DNA of 64,000 nt, taken from NCBI RefSeq assembly GCF_040938485.1, contig NW_027271458.1, positions 186,001 to 250,000 on the forward strand. Direction: 5' to 3'. Origin of the DNA: Diadema antillarum. Its lineage: Eukaryota. Numbering within the stretch: the first letter of the stretch is position 1; the number at the start of each line of letters is the position of its first letter. This document shows, one piece after another, positions 50,801 through 62,411 of this stretch. A model generated the notes under the pieces. That model ran no database searches, was not told the DNA's origin, and was given only the letters and a program-made list of their open reading frames with translations. A program made the translations under genes and the position numbers.

Positions 50801-52321
50801 GAATTGTGCCTTTAGAATATATTACAAACAAAAATTTACTAGGTTTACCCATTTCATACTTGTTGAGTCCTAACGTAGAATTGCATTTCGTGACTTTTTT
50901 TTTTTTTTTGGGGGGGGGCGGTTTATATCATATATTGTCTATATTACTATATCAGATGAAACAAAATTACTTGCTGTTATTTTTTCCCACATCACAAAAG
51001 GTCTGTAATGATATTGTGATACAAGCAACAAACGAAACCAAAACAGAATAATAACAACAAACATAACTAAAAAAAAAAACAACAACATTTGTGAATCATT
51101 TTCATTTGATACACTCTCCCTTTAATAGAGTCAGGAAAAGACGCTTGAATAGACTTTGTCGAAGCTAAAAACAAGATCAAACAAGACAGAAAGTCCTCAT
51201 ATCGACATCGAATTGATGTTTCCTTCGCTGCAGATGATGCAAATTGCCCGACCATTCTCAACGAACAATGCAATAATGTTGGCTAAGAATCTTTCATCGA
51301 TCCTGTGATCTTGTAGAAGAATGCAAAAGCTATCAATAGAAACCAGTCCATTAAGATTTTACAATTTCCTATTCCAAAGCGAGGGTTGGCGGAACTTCCC
51401 TACCTTCGTCCATCTCCTACAATGTCTTTTTTGCCCTTCACGTGTTCCTTTACAAATCGATTTAAGGGTTTTATTCTCCTTTTTTTTTTTTGCTATTTAT
51501 TCCTTATCTCCCTTTGCTTCCTGTTGCTTCATTTTCAATCAATAAATCGTCTCCGTGTTTTCCTTTCCCCAAAGAAGTGACCTTTTAAATCCTTTCTTTC
51601 GCTGTAAATCTGTTCAAAATGTTTTAAGAAGGGATTTGAAAATACAGTACTCATATAACTTTTCCTTCCTTTTGCTTACACGCGTTGTATCCATCAAGAC
51701 AATTTCCCTCTCTATTTATGTGCTCTATACCTCTGTACTCTGCAAAAAGATTGAATAAAAGTAATTGAATTAAATATGGCAAGGGAGTAGAAGTGACCAC
51801 AAGAAAGAGATTTTCAAGTTGAGCATGGATACTTCGGAATCTGTCATTCACAAGACTACTAGTATACGTTTATGAATGTTTAGAGCCAGGGTCGAAGACT
51901 ATTTATCGGTATTATCGGGGAAAGACTGAGGAGAAAATACTATTGCATTCGATTTTATAAATGTTTCACCAGAAACACAACACCAACTATCTACAATATG
52001 ATTTATATGAGTAGACATACACATAAACATAACAATATGCCTATATCTATACAATATCATTCATTTTAGAATGTAAGAATAGATATAAACACACAACAAC
52101 AACGTCATTATTCAGTAATAGTTTTGAAAACTGTTTTAGCTCGTTGCTTATCACTGCAATTATGTGCTTGACAAAAAATGGATATCACCTTGTGGAGGAC
52201 ACACGACATGCGATTGATAACAGGATGTCAATGATTTTGCACGTGACACCTGTTTACACTTTATCTTGATGTGAATTCATTAATGATAAATGATATATAA
52301 TATATAATAGTAATATGTATA

Positions 52322-52382
<61 letters not shown>

Positions 52383-52684
52383 ATGCAAGATTGAGAATAT
52401 TCAGTAGAGAATTTCTTTAGTGTTAAATAGGAGAGTAGCAAACTGTCTTTCAATTATTGCTCTAAATGGCTAAGGAGAAATGGCGTTATCTCATATGATT
52501 TTTTGGAGGCTCGACCTACATGCATAATGCTGAGTAAACTGACGTGAATAAGAGTACATGCGTGTATAACAGCCTTCAAGAAACGTATAGTATAAGATTG
52601 ATTTTGTAAAGGTTTATTCCACAAAAAAAGAAACAAATCTGTTACTGTTTAGTAAAAACTATAAAATTGTAATTCAGATTGCAT

Positions 52685-52958
52685 GTCTTCTCTGTCTCTC
52701 TGTCTCTCCCTTAAAAAAAAAGGAAAACACCATTTCAGCTGGATACCAGTCACTGATTACTTAGTAATCGTTATTGGCTACCTTTTGTGAGCATGCGTAG
52801 ATTCATTGAAAGTCATTTCATAACCTAACAGACAGGTAGCTTTAGCTTCACTCGCGCAGGCATACTTTCCCAAAATTAGGTACCTTGAGAAACTGCGGGA
52901 GGTAGATTGATCTTATCCAGCAATAAAGCAGCTTAACACGAGGCGTGAATAAGTGAGT
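52685..52958 (+). promoter_or_regulatory. Predicted promoter and non-coding exon 1 of GPCR copy 6
   Basis: (CT)-rich tract, ATTGG at 52773, variant GAGCATGCGTA at 52789, donor GTGAGT at 52953; acceptor AG at 54203-54204. Confidence 0.55.
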
Positions 52959-54217
52959 ATCATCTTCCAACCAATTATCAGAGAAATAATTCTTTATGTG
53001 AGGTGTATAGGCCTATCAGTTTAATTATTATTATTTGATTATTATGTTACCCTGTATCACAAAAACCAACAGAGTCGCCGGACATAGTTAAGGGCAGATT
53101 CTGAAAGAGCAGACTCTAAGCTCTAAGATGATGTATAACTCATTTCAAATGGACTCTCCTAATCTATCTAAATATTGGTCAGAAAGCACATTGCCTGGAA
53201 AAGCGTGAACTGAAAAAAGAGGATCTGAAGGACAGGGTCTACATTCAACCGCTTTCATGTTTACTAAACCGTGCTAGCTGTGTGATGAATGGAACAGAAA
53301 CAGGATGTAATCCACCGGAGCAACAACAATGAAGGGATCATTAATAAGCTGAAATTGAGCATGCTCTATTAACACATTCTGTCCATGATTAATGTCAACT
53401 TTTAAATCAGTAGCAACATCCTTTCAAAAGATATGAGAGTTGAAAGTCAAGAGTGTGAAAAGGATTTTAGATTGTGAGAAGGATTTTCAACAAATGAAAA
53501 GGGGCAATGAAGACATACCTGACCTCACTCTTTTACAAAAAGGAAGGTAGTACAAAAACTGTTCAAAACACGATTTCCTATTCATTTTATGATCCCAAAC
53601 ATAGAAATAATATAAGAGAAGAGAGAATAATTGCGAAAAACTCAAGATTGACTCGGTTGACCAGTTTTACCTTTCTTGAGTCCTCACATAAAATGGAGGG
53701 GTGCGATCTTTTTGTTGGTTTTGTGATGCACAGCCACATATATGATATTTGGTAAGTTCATAACATTGAATCGAAGTGGCATGAAGAATTCTACTCTTAT
53801 CTCAATTTCGGTTTTGTTTTATAAGTAGCCAAATTTTGACAATAGGCAGAGAAAGGATTACCTTCCCCAGTAAGTAACTTAAAAAAAAAATGAGCTAGCC
53901 AACAAAAATCGCCTTTCTATTTGTTTTGTTCATAACAGATCCTACTCTCAAAATTTAGCGGGTATTTAAAACCGTTTACTGTTGTTGATACCACCGAGCC
54001 ATTATAGACACAATTTCAATATTCCAAGGAGCGTTGTTTAGTTTAACTAGTTTGACAGTCTGTTGTACTGTCGTTCTATCTGACGAGTATTTATTCCTTT
54101 GCCATATACATTTTTTTTCAAAGTGCGTTGTGGTAAATTACATTTACAACTCGTTTCTTGGCGATATCATACATTTCCACTTTCATTCTTGTTTCTTTTA
54201 TCAGGACAAAACACACG

Positions 54218-55558
54218 ATGGCATTGTCTGCCTTCACCACATTTACCAGTATTCGACTGGTAATGCTGATTTTATATTTGGAAACAGGCGGAAGCAGCCC
54301 AACTTTATACCCCGCCCCATCTGCTACCGATAACGAATCAGATGGCATGTTGTGGAAAACCATCTCAACCGAGCCATATGATATTACAATGTTTGAGGTA
54401 GAAATTACAAGCCAGATTCCTGGAGGAGACTTCGGGAGCAGAGACTGCTGGACCACACCCCTAGAAGTAAAAATGTCACCTTCAAAAGCGGTATTTGGGG
54501 ACTCTGTGGCGCCTCCCAGTGAGGGAGATGAGTCCGATACCAGTCCTAATGTCCAGACGTCTCCTGAATGGTCCTGGCAAGCTATAGTATGGTCATGGTG
54601 GTCGATCCTTCAGATGGTCACTGCCATGCTGGGCATTGTGGGCAATTCCCTGGTGATCATTGTCCTTTTTACCCGAAGAGAGCTCAGTCGCTCCACAGAT
54701 ACTCTGATTGGGGCTCTGGCTGCAGCGGATCTCCTAGCGTCCGTGTTCATGATACCACTCCCTATGCCCCTCACAGTACCTTCGACAGTTCTAGGGCAGG
54801 TGTACTGCAAAGTAGTGTACACCTCCATGTTTCTGTGGGTGTCATTCAATGCGTCCATTTTCACCTTAACCGCTATAGCTGTGGAAAGGTACATCGCTGT
54901 GGTTTATCCTTTTCATTTTAAGCATTTAGTAACTCGTAAGAGAGTGGTCATCGTGATAGTAGCGAATTGGATCTTGGGATTTATGGTCACGTCTTTCGAT
55001 TTCAAAATCACAAAGTTTAATAACTCGACGAATCACTGCGTAACGGTGTTCCCTTCTGCAGAAGTACAAATGCTCATCGGAATTGTTTTGTTCTTGATGC
55101 TCTTCGTTATACCCACCTTGTTGTCACTTACCATGCAGGCTATGACGGCGGGGGCCTTGTACCGCCAGTCTCTGGTATTCCGTAAAGAAAGCAGCCAAGA
55201 GAGCCAATCGAACCCATCAGCTAGACATTTGGCAGCCAGAAGACGCGTCTTACAGATGCTGTTCATCGTGGTTCTCGTCTTCATCGTGTGTTGGGCTCCA
55301 TCGCAGTGTTTCTACTTTGTCTATAACATTGGATTGCTCCCCGACTCCTACTTGTATAGCCCATTAAACAACGCATTAGTTGTCCTGTCTTTCGGAAACT
55401 CCTGCGCAAACCCGATCATCTACACCGTCCGCTACCCAGAGTTCCGCGCTGCGATAGGAGAGCTGTTTTCTTCAAAGAAAGGGAAAACTAAGGCACCATT
55501 ATTCAGTGAAAGGACAGAGGGGAAAAATTTAAAATCTCTTGAGAGCGTTAATGTCTAG
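54218..55558 (+). CDS. Class A GPCR, copy 6 (446 aa)
   Basis: Intact 7TM ORF. The likely start is the ATG at 54218, after the acceptor; the ORF-track start at 54158 is intronic. Confidence 0.92.
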   Translation: MALSAFTTFTSIRLVMLILYLETGGSSPTLYPAPSATDNESDGMLWKTISTEPYDITMFEVEITSQIPGGDFGSRDCWTTPLEVKMSPSKAVFGDSVAPPSEGDESDTSPNVQTSPEWSWQAIVWSWWSILQMVTAMLGIVGNSLVIIVLFTRRELSRSTDTLIGALAAADLLASVFMIPLPMPLTVPSTVLGQVYCKVVYTSMFLWVSFNASIFTLTAIAVERYIAVVYPFHFKHLVTRKRVVIVIVANWILGFMVTSFDFKITKFNNSTNHCVTVFPSAEVQMLIGIVLFLMLFVIPTLLSLTMQAMTAGALYRQSLVFRKESSQESQSNPSARHLAARRRVLQMLFIVVLVFIVCWAPSQCFYFVYNIGLLPDSYLYSPLNNALVVLSFGNSCANPIIYTVRYPEFRAAIGELFSSKKGKTKAPLFSERTEGKNLKSLESVNV

Positions 55559-55904
55559 TCTTTTTTTAGTGCAATGAATAGCACAATACAGAAATATATA
55601 TACGATGCATTCAACATGTTCAATTACATTTAAGTTGGTATTCTTTAAATGTCGTCCGTAATCATAAACATCAATAAATCAATTCAACATCCCTTTCATC
55701 TTTTTTTTTTGGGGGGGGGGGGGGGGGAGGGGGGTGGATGATTTTCTGTACCTTATTCTTCACCTTACGAGATTGTTTTAATGTAGGCCTACGTTTGTTT
55801 TTGGTTTTTTATTTCAGAAATACACCTTAAAAACCTGCCTTAGCAACCGCAAGCCTGATTTTTTTTTTGTATGATACACTTACAGCTAAATTAGAGCGAT
55901 GTAA

Positions 55905-57049
55905 AGCCCCCCTTCCAATATCACGATCTGGACCCCGATCTGTCCCGATCTAGCAGATCGAGAGAGAGCGGCAAAAGCGTACGGGGATCGGAAGCATCGT
56001 AGCAGCAGCGTGTGGAGGTCGGGGTTGGAGCGGGCATTTTTTCCAGATCGGGCAGAAATTTTGAACCTGTTCAAAATTTCTTCCCGATCTCCCGATCAGA
56101 ATTGACCTATTTTTGATCGTACGGCAAGCGGGGAGAGCGTAGTGACAGCGTAAACGCAACGGGGAGAGCGTAGTGACAGCGTAAACACAGCGGGATGAGC
56201 GTAACAAGGTCTTTCTGAGCGTAGTAACATCGGCACGAGAATGGGGAGAAAACTTATACAAAAATGTCTGCCAGAAGAAGATCAAGGAGATCGAGAGGCA
56301 GAACTGTTGAGGAGGAGGAGGGCATTGTCGCTACACCTGTCAGGGCAGAACATGAAGAAGAAGGAGCTCAAATTTCCGAAGAAGGAGAAGAGATGAAGAA
56401 AAAGAAGAGAAGAAAGCAGCAAAGCAGCTACCCAAAAGGCGAAGAAAGAGAGACTGCACGTGATGCTGAAAGAGGAGGAAGAGGACATAGCAGAATTTTG
56501 AAGAACATGAAATCATCTACAACTGGAGGAAGACGGACTATAAAAGCAAGGACATCAAGAAAAAGCCTTCGAAAAATCAGCACGTCTTTGTTTATAACAA
56601 TGCATTGCTGCAAAAGAACCGTGAGAAGAGGAACCTCTTCGAGGTCCACAGTATATTTCTTCGTCGGTTCTGCATGCTAATAAGTTGACTGACTGCAGAT
56701 CGACAGTCGAATCGGGATATATCGGGGCACATCGGGCACTTTTCAGCTCGTATAGATCGTTCAGAGCGTAGATACAGCGTGCATCGATCGGATAACATCG
56801 GCAACATCGCACTGACAGCGTAGCTACATCGTTCTAAAGCGTAGCTGCAGCGGCAGAGATCGTAATGCCTCATTTCCGATCATCGTAGTAAGAGCGTAGC
56901 AAGCACGTGATAGTCGTAACAGTTACTGCAGCGTACTTAAAGCGTTCTAATATCGTACTGTGTCCAGATCGGCTCAGGTTTTACCCGATCCTTCCAGATC
57001 TGAGAAAATTGTCAAATCGTAGTGAGAACGGCATAGTGGAACAGGGGCT
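55905..57049 (+). mobile_element. Non-autonomous PIF/Harbinger-like element, copy A
   Basis: Imperfect TIRs AGCCCCCCTTCCAATAT / ATAGTGGAACAGGGGCT; 3-bp TSD TAA; sub-terminal CGATC and AGCGTA repeats; MADF-like remnant at ~56463-56590. Confidence 0.75.
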
Positions 57050-57057
57050 TAAACGTG

Positions 57058-58115
57058 AGCCCCCGTTCCACTATCACGATTTGGACCCCGATCTGTCCCG
57101 ATCTAGCAGATCGGGAGAGAGCAGAAAAAGCGTACGGGGATCGGAAGTATCGTAGCAGCAGCGTGTGGAAGTCGGGGTTGGAGCGGGCATTTTTTCAGAT
57201 CAGGAAGAAATTTTGAACCGGTCCAAAATTTCTTCCCGATCTCCCCGATCAAAATTGACATATCTTAATCGTACGGCAAGCGGGGAGAGCGTAGTGACAG
57301 CGTAAACGCAGCGGGGAGAGCGTAGGGACGGCGTTAACGCAGCGGGATGAGCGTAACAAGGTCTTTCTGAGCGTAGTAACATCGGCACAAGGACGGGAAG
57401 TAATTTTATCTGTAATTTTCGAAGAAGAAGAAGAGATGAAGAAAAAGAAGAGAAGAAAGCAGCAAAGCAGCTACCCAAAAGGCGAAGAAAGAGAGACTGC
57501 ACGTGATGCTGAAAGAGGAGGAAGAGGACATAGCAGAATTTTGAAGAACATGAAATCATCTACAACTGGAGGAAGACGGACTATAAAAGCAAGGACATCA
57601 AGAAAAAGCCTTCGAAAAATCAGCACGTCTTTGTTTATAACAATGCATTGCTGCAAAAGAACCGTGAGAAGAGGAACCTCTTCGGGGTCCACAGTATATT
57701 TCTTCGTCGCTTCTGCATGCTAATAAGTTGACTGACTGCAGATCGACAGTCGAATCGGGGTATATCGGGGCACATCGGGCACTTTTCAGCTCTCTGAACG
57801 GGGTGAAAGCGTGATAAGATCGTATAGATCGTTCAGAGCGTAGATACAGCGTGCATCGATCGGATAACATCGGCAACATCGCACTGACAGCGTAGCTACA
57901 TCGTTCTAAAGCGTAGCTGCAGCGGCAGAGATCGTAATGCCTCATTTCCGATCATCGTAGTAAGAGCGTAGCAAGTACGTGATAGTCGTAACTGCAGCGT
58001 ACTTAGAGCGTTCTAACATCGTACTGCGTCCAGATCGGCTCAGGTTTTACCCGATCCTTCCCGACCTGAGAAAATTGTCAAATCGTAGTGAGAACGGCAT
58101 AGTGGAACGGGGGCT
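57058..58115 (+). mobile_element. Non-autonomous PIF/Harbinger-like element, copy B
   Basis: Perfect TIRs AGCCCCCGTTCCACTAT / ATAGTGGAACGGGGGCT; colinear with copy A apart from two indels. Confidence 0.75.
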
Positions 58116-58959
58116 TGAGTTCAGGCCACTTACAGCGGCTAATGCGCTTTTAAAGCTGATGCACTATGCCAAATTTCACGGTGGATATAATCATCCCAGT
58201 CTGAAATGACCTAATAACACACAATGACGTGATAAATAAATGACTGCACAAACCGCACTTTTTTTTTCTACACCAAAACCACAACAGATATTATGATATC
58301 ATTATATTTACCAGTATATTTATATTCAGGTACCGCTATTCATGGAAACAACTTATTAGATGGGCTACATTCTGTTGAATTATCATCTTTTCTCAATAAT
58401 GATGCAGCAGACACGTGTTTCGGAATATCTAGAAACTAGCTCAAAATAGGCAGATCATTTTGTATCGGAACTTGAAATCGGTTTGTACCACAATGAATTT
58501 GTCGCAAACTCAGTAAATTGGACTTAAAGAATAATCCTGTCAAAGACTTTGACCAGCTGATTGACCAGTAATAGAGAATACTTTCTGGGATTCCACAAAA
58601 GCACCACAAAATTGTTCATTGGCTGTTCCACAAAGGAGATTGCAGAAGCCCAAAAAAGATATAAACAAATAAACTTCGGTGGAATTTAAAATGCAGATAA
58701 CGTTGATAAAAACTTGAACTCAATAGATAGCTTCTTTTTTTTAACTCCCCAACGTATATACTGTCTGGAATATGATTAAAGAGTCTTCAGTATCATACCA
58801 TTACGAGAACAAGAAATGACTACATGAAATCGTAAACAGTCTATTGCATCATTGAAAAAAAAAAACCCGCACATTTCCAGCTCATTAATCCGATTTTGAA
58901 CTTGCAGCTAAATTTGGGGACTATTTTGTTGCAAAAAAAAAAAAAAAATCTCCTTGCAA

Positions 58960-59760
58960 TCGGCATCTGATGATGAAAAGCTACGTGACTCGTTCACCAT
59001 CCTCTTCTTCCTATAACGACACCATGATAAATCTAGATCTTGGAAAAGCATTTAAAGTGCTGCCATACTGTATGACGAACATAGGAAATGAATCTCTTCG
59101 ACGAGATCTGTTTCTTAACTCCATCAAAAGTGTTATTGTGCGCATAATTTGCTGAAAAGGTCAAAGTTAGATGGAACTCTGAAGATCTACAGCCATGTGT
59201 CTAATGTCAAATTTCTTTCTAAAGTGCTATAAAGGATTGTAGCTGCACGTCTTCATTACCATCTCGAGGATCGCCATCTTCATGAGCCACACCAGTCATC
59301 CTACAGAAAGCATCATGGAACATAGATAGCTTTATTAAGGGTACATAATAATATCCTTCAAGCCTTATAAACCAAACAGGATGCGTTTCTGGTGCTAATT
59401 GATGAATCTTTGGCCTCTGCCACCTTCGACGACGACATCTTGCATCAGCGACTTTCATCTACAGGCATTGAAGGTTGTGCCTTATCCTGTTCAGAGTTGT
59501 TCATGAGTGGCTAATCAAGCACGTGGGAAGATCCGTACGTCTTCGACACTCGACGGCGTGCTCCAAGAATCAGTGGTCCGTCTCTCTTCATTATTTAGGC
59601 CTGCTCTGGCCGTTTTAGGAGATAACGAGATCACCTGGTGTCTACATCCACTTGTGAAGATGATGTCCAACTTTACATCCTATGTAATCCTTTAGACCTT
59701 GAAAATGTGATATTCAATGCTTAACGTCTTTAGTTGAAAAGGTGTTTAACAGACCTGAGA
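58960..59760 (+). mobile_element. Decayed L2/CR1-clade LINE RT fragment
   Basis: Degenerate versions of Y.PVSN..FLSKV, HEP.QS.YRK.H.T.TAL, VL.D.S, GI.G.AL, PQ.SV.GP and EDDVQLY (YADD equivalent), with many stops. Confidence 0.7.
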
Positions 59761-61124
59761 TTATTGATGTGCTTAAGAATGACTTTTTGGTGATTTTCTC
59801 AAAGTATCAAAACATTGATTAACAATGGCGTTAATTTTTTTTTTTTTGTAATTCAGATGTGCTCAAACAGCAAGTTATCTTGACATCCTACCTTGGAGTG
59901 TTCTTTCATAACAATAATGACTGAACTTTTTTTTTTCACACAAAAAAGAAGCAAATATGTCAATACATTTATTTCAGATACAATTGACAATGTCAATACA
60001 TTTTATTGTCCCCTGTGTAGCATCAGTAATATGAGGAAGGTATGGTTAGCTTAAACGGTTATCATTAGGATTCATGCATTTATAATTTTTCAAGTTCAAA
60101 TCTATTTAGTTTTTCACAATGAAATAATACACAAACGTAAATATCACTTTAGTCAGTTACAAAACTAATTCATGTTACAACAATCATTGAAAACTTGCTG
60201 TACAGATAGGCCTAAATTGCAATGGTTGCTGAGGTAAGGAAAGTGAGATAATTTTTTGTTGTTAGTTGTATCGAAGACGTGTGAAAGGGACCCCATTACA
60301 CTCGTTTTGAAAAGGTTGCATTGTGTTTTTCACAAAAACAAACAAACAAACAAACAAATATACAAACGTGCAGTATATAGCTCAGTGACACAAACTATAG
60401 TTGTTGTATAGATGTTATAAATACAGATGGCGCAACATAAATTCTTTGTACTTATCCATGCCGAGTACACCTTTCGTAAAGAATCAAATGTAATCAGAAT
60501 ATTCATCTACTTCAGTGAAAACGCAGTTTCTCTTTTATTGTTTGAAAGGGATGTTTTGTGCATGGATATGAAGATGAGTTCACAATGTACATTTTAAGTC
60601 ATTAACTTTCGTTCAGTAAACAAGCTTTTACATGCTTATGACCGGACCTGAAAGATGGTTGTTTGCAACATACCTTCATCTGTGTGTTACCTGGACATTC
60701 AGAATAGCTTTCATCATAAACATGTATGGTTTGTCAATATTTTTGTTTAAAAAATGCTGTATAGTTCATACACTTAGATATCCTTTAAAAAATTTACTGC
60801 TAACCAATATTTTTATTTGTAAAACATTCCCCTTATTATTTTCATACTTTTAATGATCATTTTGTAAAATTGAGGGTCACTGGGAATTCACGTTACTGTT
60901 CATCTTTTATACTCCCGATATCCTAAGGTTTTTGTACGGTGAACTGGAATTGGGAATAAGCGCAGAAACAAAATACTTCAATAAAACATTATTCTGACCA
61001 AAGTTCTATTAACATTTACAGTTACTTTGATTTACAGGTTGTGATACTGAAACCATCTAAACCACATTTACGGCAAGTATAAAGTTTTACGATACTCCTT
61101 AACGCGTGTGTCCTGTCAATGAAT

Positions 61125-61250
61125 TCACGATGACGTTACAGCATGGGGCATGACGACGACTGTTTTTCCCCGGGCATGTCCCCGCCTTGTGAATTCGAGG
61201 GCCTCGTTGGTCGACTCGAAGTTGAACTCCCGTTGCACCACCGGCTTAAT
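61125..61250 (-). CDS. RTN4IP1: RTN4IP1-like MDR/quinone oxidoreductase, terminal coding exon
   Basis: CAG|IKPVVQREFNFESTNEALEFTRRGHARGKTVVVMPHAVTSS*. GHARGK.V is the MDR-family C-terminal motif. Phase 0, compatible with the preceding exon. Symbol from recalled similarity; orthology not tested. Confidence 0.8.
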   Translation of the reverse strand: MKPVVQREFNFESTNEALEFTRRGHARGKTVVVMPHAVTSS

Positions 61251-61758
61251 CTGCATAGGGTTATCACAGAAGAGAAACAACAACAACAACTACAGCAAAT
61301 GTTTGAAGAGGTGGCCTAGTTTTGTGGATTTTGTGGATTTTTTTGTGCGATAATGAGAAACCTCTAATGAAATATGAAAGAGCATAAAATTCTAAGAGGA
61401 ATTCAAAGTGTATTTAATAAAATTTGGTTTGGAAATGGCTGAGATATTCCAAACAAATCGATCCTAAAAACACGGTAATGGGAACCACCTTTTATAAGGA
61501 TTGTTTTGTCTTCTTTTGTTTTGGATATTTCAGCCATTTCATTTTTCATCAAAATAAACTATCAATTCCTCATAGAATTCTTCAACATTTCACAGAGTGA
61601 TTTTTTAAGTATCTCGCAAAAAGTTCCAAGCTGAATTTTCACCTCAACCAACATTATACCGTCATTTCAACATATCCCCCCCCCCCACATAAGTAGGCGT
61701 TGTACTGTAACCCCTGGCAAAGAGGAACACGTAGTAAAGCAAGACAACCAATTCTTAC

Positions 61759-61851
61759 CTTGCCTTCATCCACAAGTGTCGATACTTGTTCCAGGGCGCT
61801 GCCGTTTGGTTGATTGAAGGAAATCATGAAGTTCCGCCCAGTCAAAAAGTT
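61759..61851 (-). CDS. RTN4IP1: RTN4IP1-like gene, penultimate exon (93 nt)
   Basis: CAG|NFLTGRNFMISFNQPNGSALEQVSTLVDEGK|GTAAG, resembling the RTN4IP1 stretch ending ...LVDAGK. Confidence 0.8.
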
Positions 61852-62233
61852 CTGTAGTAATGGTTGGTAATGATTCCGAACAAAACCAAACCAAACAAAA
61901 ATGCATCTGTAATATTCCAGCTGAAAACTGTATCTTTATATAAAAACAAACTGTTGAGTAATGCAAAAGTTGATATCCTTAGGGACAAAAACCCTTGGTA
62001 TTTTTAAGATTTACTCTGACAGTATTCTGCTGATTCAATCGTTTGATCCGCTGAAAAATTTCGTAGATTGAAGGGAATATAGCTATAAAATCATAACTAT
62101 TTTCACTCTCTACGTTCATGAACAATGATCTTGTTTCAAATCAGCTCATCACCCCAACATCAGATGTTGTTTTTTTTTCGTTTTCGTTTGTTTTGCTTCC
62201 CTTTCGTACTTCCTGTTTGTCTCCTTTGCTCAC

Positions 62234-62411
62234 CTGTAATTTCCAAGCAAAGATCAATGAGATATTCTTGAGCGTGCCGAGAATCTTGCCGTACTTGTCG
62301 AAGTTTGCAACAAACGGGACGACGATGGTGACAGCACGCCCTCCCTCGACCAAAACCGAGCGCGAAAGCTGGTAGAAAGCTGGTCCCAGTGTGACAAATA
62401 CTACATCGAAT
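62234..62411 (-). CDS. RTN4IP1: RTN4IP1-like gene, internal exon (178 nt); earlier exons not found in the window
   Basis: AG|(x)FDVVFVTLGPAFYQLSRSVLVEGGRAVTIVVPFVANFDKYGKILGTLKNISLIFAWKLQ|GTGAG; ends in phase 0. Confidence 0.75.

Noticed and set aside
13703-55284. Recurrent antisense and alternate-frame ORFs over the GPCR exons (e.g. 34618-35202, 194 aa)
   Set aside because: Shadows of the conserved GPCR codons, broken at different places in different copies.
56264-56680. 138-aa basic ORF as a functional gene
   Set aside because: Lies inside a non-autonomous element, and the protein-like signal is in other, frameshifted frames.
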